Assembly: GCA_025201805.1 (NCBI GenBank)
Contig: MU619286.1
Location: forward strand, 1 to 64,000
Reading direction: 5' to 3'
Length of the DNA stretch: 64,000 nucleotides
Origin: Parasitella parasitica NRRL 2501
Lineage: Eukaryota; Fungi; Mucoromycota
The translations under genes were made by a program, and so were the position numbers. Position 1 is the first letter of the stretch, and each line of letters opens with the position of its first letter. The notes under the pieces were generated by a model. It searched no databases. It was not told where the DNA came from and was given only the letters and a program-made list of their open reading frames with translations. Shown piece after piece: positions 1 through 11,010 of this stretch.

Positions 1-1606
1 TTGAGTCTGCTGATATGTAGGTTAGCACAAAGTTAAGATGCTAGTTACGCAGTATTGTCGTACATGTTAAATTGCGAGAGTAGAACATTTATCCACAGTT
101 AAAGTATATAAAGGCTCATCTACCTGGCCAGTAGATGAACTGCAGCTTTATACACCTGTCGATTTGATAATAAAACCTATACCTTATCAAGTTGACTTTA
201 TTGTTTTTTTATTATAATTTTTTTTCCGTGAATCCATATAACAATTTATGCAGATTCCACAAAGGATATTACAGTATGTTACTTGCAAATTACTCTTATC
301 GATTAGTATCGACTAGTATTTTAAAGAAGTCGTCAAAAATTTACGTAGTTGTAAAAAGTATAAATAGCAGATGCAAAGTTGAATCTTTAATAAAGTAATC
401 TCAAGTTTTCGTATCTCGTTAATTCAAAGTTTTATTTTATATTTTTCTTATTTTTGATCTTGCAGATCTCAACGCTTGCAGCTTATCCCTTGTTTGTAAA
501 AGATTTACCAACAGTTAATATCATGATCCGTACATTATTATAATTATATTAGAAGATATGACATATGTAGCCTTTATATGGATAAAACATTTACACTACT
601 ATGCTCACTTGCTGCGACAATCTCTATTTTTAATATATTATTATTGTTATATTAATAACAAGAACACAGCAAAATAAACACAATTCAGCAAGGAATAGAA
701 TTTTTAATTCCCATTCAAGTTTCGGATTTTTGAACAGTCGGTGTTAAATCAGGTATATCTCATTTTTAAAAACTAATTAAAAATATATATAAGCTTTAGA
801 AAGCTATAAAAAAAAATATGTGCGTATGCAACAAAGCGTGAAAGAAATGGTCATGTATTTTAATTTGAAATAAAAGCTTTTTCAACAGAGTAAATCATGT
901 TGAAAGTCGGGCGAAATAGCTTGAATCAACCAAATTAGGAGATTCGAAATCCAAAAAAGGCGATTTTTTAAGCTGAACACTCTGTTCTATTTAAAAATAT
1001 GTTAATATTTATACTACTTTGCAGCAAGTGAATATACTAGATTGTACTAGCGCAATCCAACCAGTAATAAGCAACCTGAACTTGATTCTTTTTAGATAAT
1101 AGTAAACATTCAGGGCAAGACAGAAAGTAAAACATATTGCGATCATCTTGAAAGTGTTTTACATTATTAGGGACTACCTCGTTGTGACATCCGTCGCCTG
1201 ACAAAGTCAGTATGCATCAATACAACTGCCATATATATTCCATGCCCGCAGACAATTCAAACTTCATGCCCGAATCCATAGCAATATCATTATTCGTAGC
1301 AATATCATTTAGTATTAATACCTTAACAGTTTATAACAATGAAGAAACATCCATTTCAACTATAAATCTACTTATAGCAACCTTTCAAATATTACACTCG
1401 TTGAATAGAATGGGCGAATGAGAGTGCGATATTACAATTTTTAGTAGAATAAATATACAATAATAAATAGTCGTTAGATCATTTAGTTGCTAAATGTACA
1501 TATAGCGGAAGAGAGGGTCATAGAAGAACTCACGATGATTGACCCATAAACCTAAAAAGAAAGTATGAATACATTGTTCTGTATTCGATGTTACATGTTT
1601 ACTATA

Positions 1607-1729
1607 TGATAGAACATACGACGATATTTAACCATAGATCCGATCAGGAACGGTTTATGCAATGATAACTGAATTGAAGTATCATGGTAGTCATGGTCAT
1701 TCTATGGATAAAACTCTAACTCACAAGAT
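1607..1729 (+). repeat. Dispersed non-coding repeat, copy A
   Basis: Aligns over ~110-120 bp with the reverse complement of 34372-34487. A 19-bp core GATCCGATCAGGAACGGTT is identical (1637-1655 vs 34439-34457). Confidence 0.8.
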
Positions 1730-2153
1730 AATACATGGTTAATGTAATGATTTACATTATATGATGTCTCATTTTACATGAAACATCCAATTATTATAAA
1801 TAGGTTCAACTTTCACCAGCTGTTGGAACTTTACTGAAAATATCTGCTTAATTCTAATTCTTCTAATCTTGATCTTATTTATCACTATAATTGAAAAGCA
1901 TAGTTAGTTTCATTATGCATACAATTGATCTGCCACTTCTGATCAACATCTACCATTGTAAAGGAGTTTATCGCCATAAACTTACCTGTACACATTGCTG
2001 TCAATTACTACTTGTCCAGTAATATCCACGAATATTATTTAGTAAATAATGACCCAGATAGTAATGTCAGCAATTAGAAATGCCAACTTGCTATTAACAT
2101 AGTTCATCATTCTACCCTTTTGCTACTAGATAATTGTACTCCATCACAATTTA

Positions 2154-2226
2154 TTCTATTTTTTATATAAAATAATCGGTAATATTTATTGGGTTCGATC
2201 GGGGACGGTTGCCATGACAACCAAGT
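2154..2226 (+). repeat. Dispersed non-coding repeat, copy B (shorter)
   Basis: ACGGTTGCCATGACAAC (2205-2221) is identical to the reverse complement of 34428-34444. Flanking AATAATC/ATTTA/CGATC blocks also align. Confidence 0.7.
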
Positions 2227-2692
2227 GCTTATATGGAATATAATGTATAGAGCATATACACTTGAAAACAGTAAAATTTGTAAAATTAAACTTTGAATCA
2301 GAACCATTATATTATGGATTAAGCCAAATTACTGGGGACATGATTTACCCTCCATAATATCATGGTGAGTATCACTAATTGTCAATCCCCTAAAATTATG
2401 GTAAAAATACTTACTCCTTTTCCAGCTTGCGCCGCAGTGTTAACCGCCTTTTAACTGTGGTGCAAAATAGGATAGGCTTTGGTGAGGGCACACCAAGTAC
2501 ATTGTCATTTGCGAAAATACAATGATGGGATATACTCAATAAAAAGCATTTATTATACAGATCGACATAATACCTGATGCAGGTTTTCCAGTGTTTAGCT
2601 AGCCACAGAACATAGACTGCTTTTACTGCCTGATAATTAGCATAGCTTTTCTTTTTTTTTTCGAATATTGTTTATTTCCTATTAAACTTGAA

Positions 2693-3735
2693 ATGACAGA
2701 CATTGTAGAAACTGGGAAAAAGAGAGGCTCCTCCGCGTTGGATGCAGATCAAGACAAAATTGCAGAAAAAACTTCAAAATTTGGATCAAGACTGTTAAAA
2801 AATGACAATGATGTTTTTTCTCACAATGCTTGGTAACGTATCCTGTTGCAGCTTGCGAAAATATAGTATTAATCAAACATAAGTGCAGGGATCATGTTGA
2901 TTGGGATCAAGAGCAAGAAGATATGGCAAAAGAAAAAGTGTCTCAGCAGTTGGAGAACCCTGTTCCTGAAGAAGAGCAAGGTAATATTGGACGCACAAAT
3001 AAGACAACCTATTGATATGGCCACATTGCAGAGCAATATTATATAGAACCTGCCGAGTACTGGAACAAGTTTTACGAAAAAAACGAAAACAAATTTTTCA
3101 AAGATCGCAACTGGTTAAAGAACGAATTTCCTGAACTGTTTGAGACAAGCCTAGAAAATGCTGGTAAAAAGCGAGTGTTTGAGATTGGATGTGGAGCAGG
3201 CAATAGCATGTTTCCATTGTTGGATCAAAGTCGAAACCCAGACTTGTTTGTGTATGCAGCAGACTATTCTTCAAAAGCAGTGGATGTTGTTCGCTGCAAT
3301 CGACACTATGATCCCACAAGGTCATCAGCATTCGTTTGGGACTTGGCTAGTAAAGAGATACCAAAGGAGATAGAACCTGAGTCGCTGGATATGATTGTAC
3401 TCATATTTGTATTATCGGCATTAGCACCAGATCAATGGGATCAGGCAATCGAAAACATCTACAAAATGCTGAAGCCTGGTGGAATGGTCATGTTTAGAGA
3501 TTACGGTAGATACGATCTTGCACAGTTAAGGTTTAAAAAGAATAGACTTTTAAAAGAGAATTTCTACATTCGTGGTGATGGGACAAGAGTTTATTTCTTT
3601 ACGCCCGAAGAGATTGCCAAAATTTTCGAAAGATTTGTAATCAAGCAAAATGCTGTAGACAGAAGATTGATTGTGAATCGACAAAAGAAATTGAAAATGT
3701 ATAGAGTTTGGCTTCAAGGCAAATTTCGAAAATAA
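2693..3735 (+). CDS. TRM140: tRNA N3-methylcytidine methyltransferase (Trm140/METTL2 family), 3 exons
   Basis: Spliced translation gives FGSRLL..VFSHNAW|DHVDW, WNKFY...FFKDRNWL..EFPEL, SAM motif FEIGCGAGNS, FRDYGRYDLAQLRF and YIRGDGTRVYFF. Confidence 0.93.
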
Positions 3736-3784
3736 AACGCCTGTTTGTCATAATCGATGTATAGCACTTCAAATAGGACATTTA

Positions 3785-3950
3785 GAGCATCTCCAACGGA
3801 GATGCTAATTTTAAAAGAAAATTGGTGAGAGGATGATACTTTCTTTTTTTTCTTTGGACAATTTTAGTCACCTGTAATGGTGTATAGGATAAACCGAACA
3901 CCTATGGCGTATCAAAGAGTAATATCAATGACACACAATGCTTGCAATTA
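3785..3950 (-). ncRNA. Candidate Fanzor omegaRNA scaffold region
   Basis: ~165 nt between the Fanzor stop (3951) and the element end, the usual position of omegaRNAs. Short hairpins on the minus strand: ATAGG..CCTAT, CACC-ATTACA-GGTG and the palindromic TIR. Positional inference only. Confidence 0.45.
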
Positions 3951-5019
3951 TTATTTTGATTCAGAATGCTGGAATGGTGAAAGACAAGCGTCATTGTATC
4001 TTGTTGCATGTAAAAATATTTTGAGGATGTTTTTTGCAGCCATTCTTTTTTGCAGTTGTTGCAGACATGACTGGTGAGGTATTCGTCTACCATTTGGACT
4101 GTAACACCACGATTTTCTTTACATTTTTGAAGAGCTTTTATGATAGTCTTTGTAGGTCCAGATCTTTTGCCTCTCATGGTAGGTGAAAATCTTCCATCTT
4201 CATAGGCAATGATGGTTTTATTTGCCTTCACTGAGCCATCAAGTGGTGGAGGGCGGGAGTAAGAATTGTTGTTTCTCATTGTTGTCTTCACATTGGTGGA
4301 CGCACCCGTACGATATTTGATGCTATCATGAGTAAACATCTTGACTATTTCGCTGAAGGCTTTTTGCTTCTTTCTATAACATCTAAACTTTAATTTTGAA
4401 GACCTATTCCATTTGGTTAACACATTTTTAAAATTTGTGCAAGAGTTTGCTACACTCACCAAAGGCCTCTGTTATAAAATTCATACATTGTATCGTAGGA
4501 TTGTATACGCTTTCTGCAAGCAATCAAGAATTTTGAAACTTCTCCGGTTTTTAATGAATCCAGTTCTGTTACCATTCTATGAGTGTTTGTGTGCTTCGCT
4601 TGATGAATCTTTCGAATGTGAGCTGCATCATTAAACCCACACAAGTGATAATACTCCTTTTGACTATAAGTGATCTCACTCTACCAGCTTGATCAACTAT
4701 AGTAAAAACCGTGCTAATTCCAGGGTCTACCGCCCACACTTGGCAATCATTGTCAACATCTGTTTTCAGGTCAGATGGCTTTACGGGAAGAGAGTCTTTC
4801 TTCTTTTTTGCTGTAATTCTTGAGAAGAGAAGAGAAACTGAATAACCATCCGTGTAGATAGCATTCCTAATATAACTTGATTAGTTCTAAGGCATTACTA
4901 AATTAAAACTATATGAACTTACTTAAAGATCTTCTTTCCATTGTATAAAGTTTAACCAACTATACAAACTTTATTAAACATTTTCTAAAATGGCCAGTAT
5001 TTCTGTCCTGAATGCTCAT
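3951..5019 (-). pseudogene. Fanzor1 (TnpB/Cas12-related RuvC endonuclease) pseudogene with 2 introns
   Basis: Reassembled translation: KKIFK|NAIYTDGYSVSLLF...VWAVDPGISTVFT (RuvC-I)...SQKEYYHLCGF...GLW|SSKLKFRCYRKKQKA...IIAYEDGRF...VDEYLTSHVCNNC...MAAKNILKIF. Introns at 4867-4922 and 4404-4459. Frameshift near 4672, internal deletion near 4045, N-terminal lobe largely missing. Confidence 0.88.
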
Positions 5020-5406
5020 ATTAATGTTAGAAGTGCGAGGTTCATAGTATGAGATATATAAATGTGGGTTGAATAAAAGTAATGAGCACCAGCTCCTGTT
5101 TTGAAAGTAGAGCGACTTTGCGTATAGAAGAAAAGATAAGAGTAAAATAGTAAAAGAGACTACAATGGATTCAAGAGCCAGAGACAAAAAAGCAAAGCAA
5201 CAGTAAGTAAGCAGAGACAATTACCAAAAAAGCAGACAAAACATTTCCGGGTTGTAAAAAAAAAAGGTTGCTTTAAATGGCTTTTTGTTTAGCATCTCCG
5301 ATGGAGATGCCCTTAATAAGTGAAACAAATCTTGAATTTTTTTCATAGAGATAATGTAATTCTCCCTTTCTCTCTGTCACCCTTCTTTTGTCCAAATATG
5401 CACATA

Positions 5407-8246
5407 ATGAGCAAGTCGACGGGTGCTTTATTTTCTAACAAAGAGCTGCTCAAACGCCGTCGTAAAGACTACAATTTTAATGACAGTAATTCCACAATCG
5501 ACCATGTCAATAGCACTTTTACCAAGGCAGATAAAGTAGCTACTGATAATAGAAAAGATTGGTGCATATCTACTTTACTGACTATGTGGACATGTTATAT
5601 CAGATTTTGGAAATTATCGCAGCCATCATCCGTAGTGTAAATGTGCCATGTCACTTGTGTACCAGCCCCTAATTGAAAATTCATAGGTTCGACGAGGTAC
5701 ATTTTGGTGGTTTCGCCACCAAGTACATTAACAAAACCTTTTTTATAGATGTCCATCCTCCTGTAAGTCTAATTGTTAAGTTCACGCTGACATATATTTA
5801 CAATATGTATAGCTGGCAAAGATGATGATCGCCTGGGCTGCTATGGTTGCTGGATTTGATGGAAAATTTGAATTCAAAAGAATTGGAAGGCAAGTAAATG
5901 TAATGCGACGGTAGCACCAAATATGCTGAAAATAGGATAGCGATTATCTCGATCCCAAAGTGCCTTATGTACAAATTCGTGCGTTCTGTGCATTTTATGG
6001 CATCTTGGTTGTTCCAATTTCCTATTGGAGCATGCGTGCGTGTGATCTGTCCATTCCCACCGCTTTCTTGACAGCCATTTTGCTTTGCTATGGTAATAAT
6101 GTGCACATTTATATTGCTATATTCATATTTATGCCAGTTGTCTTTTTTTTTCTTTTTTTTATTAGAGAATGGCCTTGTTATGAATAACCGCTTAATCTTA
6201 TTGGATTCCATTCTGCTATATTTCACTGCGTTTACCCTGTTAATGTGGTTTAATTTCCGTAAACATAAAAATCGCGCCTTTTCTGTTTGGTGGTGGATTT
6301 GGCTTACATTGACTGGCGTTGGATTAGGTGGTACTGTTAGTTGCAAGTGGGTTGGGCTACTTACCATTGCGACCGTTGGCTTAGCTGTCGTGTATGAATT
6401 GTGGAATATGTGGGGAGATGAAATGGTTTCCAAGGTGGGTTTCTGACATTTTTAGAAGTGTCATCTGAGAGTCGAAAGTATTTAATCCATGTTTACAGTG
6501 CAAATTCTTCAAACATGTCTTTGCTCGTGCGGTTTGTTTAATTGTCATCCCTCTGGTCATCTATATTGGCCTTTTCAAAGTTCATTTTGATATGCTTCCT
6601 TTGTCAGGAAGCGGGGATGCGGCCGTGTCCTCCGAATTTCAGACTTCCTTGACAGGGCACAAGTTTCCAAAATCATCTCAAGCAGGTAAGATAGACTTCA
6701 AGGACCATACAAAATGTCTAAATACATGATTGTAGATGTTGTGTATGGCTCAAGGATCACTTTGAACCACTTAGCTTATCGTGGTGGTTACCTGCATTCT
6801 CATGAACATCAATATCCTCATGGAAGTAAACGTGGGTGGGTTTTCATTGTTTTCAAAGTGCACTATTTCCTTACCCTGTGCTTTCTTTTATAGAGCAACA
6901 AGTAACTGTATATGCCCATGTGGATGAGCAAAATATATGGATCATTGAGGAGGCACACCGAACCAATTTCACAGTTCCAAAATTTGTTAAAAATGGGGAT
7001 ATAGTGCGTCTTGTACATGCCAAAACTTATAGACGTCTTCATACTCATGATATCCGCCCATCTACAAACGACAAAAAGTATCAACATGAAGTCAGGTATA
7101 TATATATATATATTGTCTGTTTATTGCATACTGTTGATGCTCAGTTTATTTATTTAGTGCCTATGGCTATAAGGGGTTTGAGGGAGATGCAAACGATAAT
7201 TGGCGTGTTGAAATCATCAACAATGGGTCTAATATTGCTGTTGGAGATCGTATTCGTGCTCGTCGTTCCGAATTCAGATTGATTTCTACAACTCAAAAAT
7301 GTGCCTTGTTTTCACGTAAACTCAAACTTCCGGATTGGGCATATGGTCAACAAGAAGTAACATGTATGAAGGATGCCCTTTATACAAGATCTCTTTGGAG
7401 AGTGGAAATGTCAACTAGCGACCTTTGTAAGTAGACTGATAAGAATAATTTGAAAAGAAAGGAATCCAACCTGTAGGATAGTGCCCGAAGATACTGAAAT
7501 GATTGAGTATGAAAGCAAAGGATTCTTGGCTAAAGTTTGGGAGCTGCACAAGGTAATGTGGAAGGTTAATGCAGGTTTGCCCGCAAATCATAAATTTGCT
7601 TCTAGACCCAAGGTAATTGGCACAGACAACATATAAATTACTGGATTTGGAATGAAATTGTCATTAGGATTGGCCCTTTCTTCGCCGTGGTGTCAGCTTC
7701 TGGACTAAAGACAACCGTAAAATATATCTACTGGGCAATCCTGTTGTATTTTGGAGCTCTACTACTTGCGTTATCATATATATCGCATTAAAATGCATTA
7801 TTTGCATACTCGAAAAGCGGCAAATTCGTACTGATTATTTCAGTGGAAATTGGCCTAAATACGACGCTGCTGCTGGTTTGTTATTTGTTTCTTGGGGAAT
7901 GCACTTCTTTCCTTTCAACTTGTTTGGTCGTCAGCTTTTCCTTCATCATTATATGCCTGCGCTTTATATGGCCACACTCCTTGTTGGTGTCTTTTATGAG
8001 ATGCTTACTTACAAAATGTCAGCTAAAATTCGTTGGACTTTGGTTGTTGTGGCAACTATTGTTGTCATCTACGTCTATCGAATCTTTCTTCCAATTACAT
8101 ATGGTGAGCCTTGGTCAACCAAAAAGTGCTTGGAGGCTACATGGCGTCCCACCTGGGATATGGGTTGTCCATGGTATGATCTCAAACCCAGAAAGACAGT
8201 AACGGGAAGACTTAAACCAGCATATGTTCCCAGTATTGAGCATTAA
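5407..8246 (+). CDS. Dolichyl-phosphate-mannose:protein O-mannosyltransferase (PMT1-like), multi-exon
   Basis: PSSVV|FDEVHFGGFA..FFIDVHPP|LAKM, LILLDS, SCKWVGL, MIR-domain motifs (YLHSH, RRLHTH) and RQLFLHHYMPALY. Confidence 0.93.
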
Positions 8247-8806
8247 GATGTTGATTATGGACTCCTCAATGTCGCTGAAGCTAAAGATCAAGATCCTCCG
8301 GGTGTGGATACAAAAGTACCCGCAAAAAAACCTAAGAGCTCCTATGATAAAATCGAGACTAAAAGTTTTGAAGAAGCATTAAAGAGGGGCATTTTTCTTT
8401 CTAATAAACCTTTTTTTTTTATTCTTATTTTGCACTACAAGATGTTCGATGCTTATACCACAAAATCATATGATCTTGAAAGGTATACACTTTTTGAAAA
8501 AGAAAACCAATGGCAGCAAAAACTTTCTACAGTGTTGGAATGTTGCTCTTAATTATCTGAAAAGAACGATATCATAAAATATTGGCCTTTAAGAACTACA
8601 AAATCATATTTTCGTTTGATGAATTCGAGTGCCAAAGTGTTAGTAACTATTTAAACTATTCCTATAACTACTACCATGTATAATTACGACCGGTGTGTCT
8701 TTTTGACACTGCATCCGAACCGGACATTTGCATTTTTTTCGAATATTTCATTTGTCTCGCTTTTCAAGAATTGTCTTCTAGTCTTTTTTCATGTGAAATA
8801 TATACA

Positions 8807-9322
8807 ATGAAACAATCGCAGCAAAAACCACGGCATAGGAAAAAGGTAGCAATAGGGGACGAGTTATATCCATACGGACAAGCGCAACATAAAGATCGGT
8901 TCATTGATCTAGCGCAGGCAGCATTGGAGGAGGCCAATCTAGAAGAAGAACGAAAAGGCGTAATACATGAAGTGATGGAAGCACTTATAGCAAAATCAGG
9001 AGCACCACTTGTTGCCGAGGTTATATCAGAACAACTACGTAGTCAGGATGTTATTGAGAGGATAGCTGAGAATCACGAAGAAGATCGACAACGTAATACT
9101 TCAAGCCCACATATGACACGAGTTGATTCAACGGACAGCGTAAATTCTTTAAAAGCGCCTGACGATGAAGAATTGGAACAGACGGATGAAAAATCCACAG
9201 TGAAAGAACAAGATGACCGACCTGAAAGATTGGTGCTGTTTGCAGAATATCTGTGGCGATTTTTCCGAGTTTTATTGTTGGCTAGTCTGGTTGGGCTTGT
9301 ATACCATTTCTTGAATGTATGA
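8807..9322 (+). CDS. Hypothetical protein with C-terminal transmembrane helix (tail-anchored-like)
   Basis: Open 171-aa frame, acidic/charged composition, hydrophobic C-terminus (FRVLLLASLVGLVYHFL). Confidence 0.65.
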   Translation: MKQSQQKPRHRKKVAIGDELYPYGQAQHKDRFIDLAQAALEEANLEEERKGVIHEVMEALIAKSGAPLVAEVISEQLRSQDVIERIAENHEEDRQRNTSSPHMTRVDSTDSVNSLKAPDDEELEQTDEKSTVKEQDDRPERLVLFAEYLWRFFRVLLLASLVGLVYHFLNV

Positions 9323-9409
9323 TGTTTTTATATTAAAAAAATGACCAAGCGATTACATTTGGATACATAGTGGCTTGATTACCATTTTGAGACAGGAAAC
9401 CGACATACT

Positions 9410-9530
9410 TTATTTATTGAAATTATGTTGATGGTGATGAGGAGGAGGAGAAAGAGGAGCAGGAGCAGGGAGAAGGGGAGGGGTCATGAGAAAGGGATTA
9501 TTCGTATCAGGGTTTTCTGTGTTTGACTGT

Positions 9531-9565
<35 letters not shown>

Positions 9566-10162
9566 TTGCTCCAGCTTGATCTGCTTGACTATCTCTGGAG
9601 GATACTGAGGGTTGTGATCGCCGTATTTCTTGAGATAATCCTTCTCTCTTTTGAACAGCAAGATGTGGGGTTCAGGCTTATATACCATGTAATGCTCCCA
9701 GCCCGTTGATTGATGCACTCCAAAATCAATCCACTGCTTGGGTTGTAACAATTGGCCTTGCGGTAGCCATCTGGCTAGATTGTTTGGCAATACGACATGT
9801 CTATATTCAAATTCGTCATCAAAATAGTATTTTGAATACACAATGTGTTGTGGCAATTCTTTCAAGTCTTTTTCCCTCTGCAGTTTCTCTAGCTTCAGCT
9901 CTTCTTCGGATTTTTGGGGTTGATTTGGCAATCCAAGTCGAGATTTCTTGATGTATTTTTTTCTTATGAGCAATTTGCGTCCTCTTGCTTGAATTTCTTT
10001 GATTTCATCGATTGTCTTGGGCATGAGATTATTGTATTCTTTCAGATTAGTTCCTTCATTTTTTGCTGTGGAAGCATTACTTGCAGCCTCCTTTGTATTT
10101 GGTGTGGGATTTTTGCTTGTATTTTTATTTTCACTGCGAGGGTTATTCTCATCGTTATTCAT
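9410..10162 (-). CDS. CDK regulatory subunit (Cks1/Suc1 family) with long N-terminal extension and polyQ/Pro tail
   Basis: CKS domain: YSKYYFDDEFEYRHVVLP...GVHQSTGWEHYMVYKPEPHILLFKR. Start codon uncertain (10162 chosen). Confidence 0.88.
9528..9566. repeat. (CTG/CAG)n coding microsatellite (polyQ in the Cks1-like protein)
   Basis: Run of gctgctgct... Confidence 0.9.
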
Positions 10163-11010
10163 ACTGGAGACAAGGTGTATTTGGAGAAAGAAAAAAAACA
10201 AGCCCAAACTTAAGCAGTCCATGTCATAACTCTTTAGTTGACGCGTCTGTTTAGGCTTGTACATGATAGCATGGCATGGCCCCAATGCCCAGCAGCAAGG
10301 CGCTTTTTGAGGATTCTAGAGCAATCCTACAGATGGTTTCTACTTCACAGAAAAATTACATCAAAACACAAAACAAATAAACGTGCCAAGACAGATTAAA
10401 AAATCAGTGTAATAAATCATGATGACTAAATATGCAGATATTGAATGCAAAGCACTGGATTTGGACAACAGAGACGAGACAACATTTGTGAGAAAAATAA
10501 AATAAAAATATGAGTATAATTGCTACTGCAAATTGCGTGCTGCTGGATGCTTCACTGTTGTAAGCTCAAGCATGCTAACAAGATGTCGAAAAAACCAAGG
10601 CACCCCACACATTTATATTGCACATTTTGTTTGTATACCCAGAAATAAGGGATCGGAAGATCGACAGATATGGTAATCTAGTGTGCTCTCAACCGTCGTG
10701 GCGTGTTTTCTGGTCCCCCCATTGTTATTTCACCATGCCAATATGAACTTTAAAATGCTGCAAGCCCAGCTTTTTTTCAACTCACAAGGGAATCATTTCA
10801 TTGACAATATTGCCACCTAATCTCCTTTTTTCCTGCTTTTGATATGTGGCGAGTGGATTTTTGTTATATAAATACAGATCCAAAAATTGAATTAAAAAAA
10901 AAGCCCTCTTTATTTCCCTCTTTATTTAATATTAAAAAAAACAAATTTTATCATTGTAACCCCACAAATACACACACACAAACATTGTTGATCTGTCAAA
11001 AAATAAATTC

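Larger units (their letters stand above)
3785..5312 (-). mobile_element. Non-autonomous PIF/Harbinger-like TIR DNA transposon carrying a Fanzor1 remnant
   Basis: Left TIR GAGCATCTCCAACGGAGATGCTAA (3785-3808) and right TIR revcomp GGGCATCTCCATCGGAGATGCTAA (5289-5312) match at 22/24. TTA flanks both sides (3782-3784, 5313-5315). No transposase ORF inside. Confidence 0.9.

Noticed and set aside
700-990. Possible MITE remnant (AAAGCTTTTTCAAC..GTTGAAAG inverted motif)
   Set aside because: No convincing terminal inverted repeats or target duplication could be delimited.
1-2340. AT-rich gene-free region as a centromere or NUMT; short ORFs 192-398, 1212-1421 and 2107-2307
   Set aside because: No flanking LINE-like elements or recognisable mitochondrial genes, and the ORFs lack motifs. 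Only the repeat copies are supportable.
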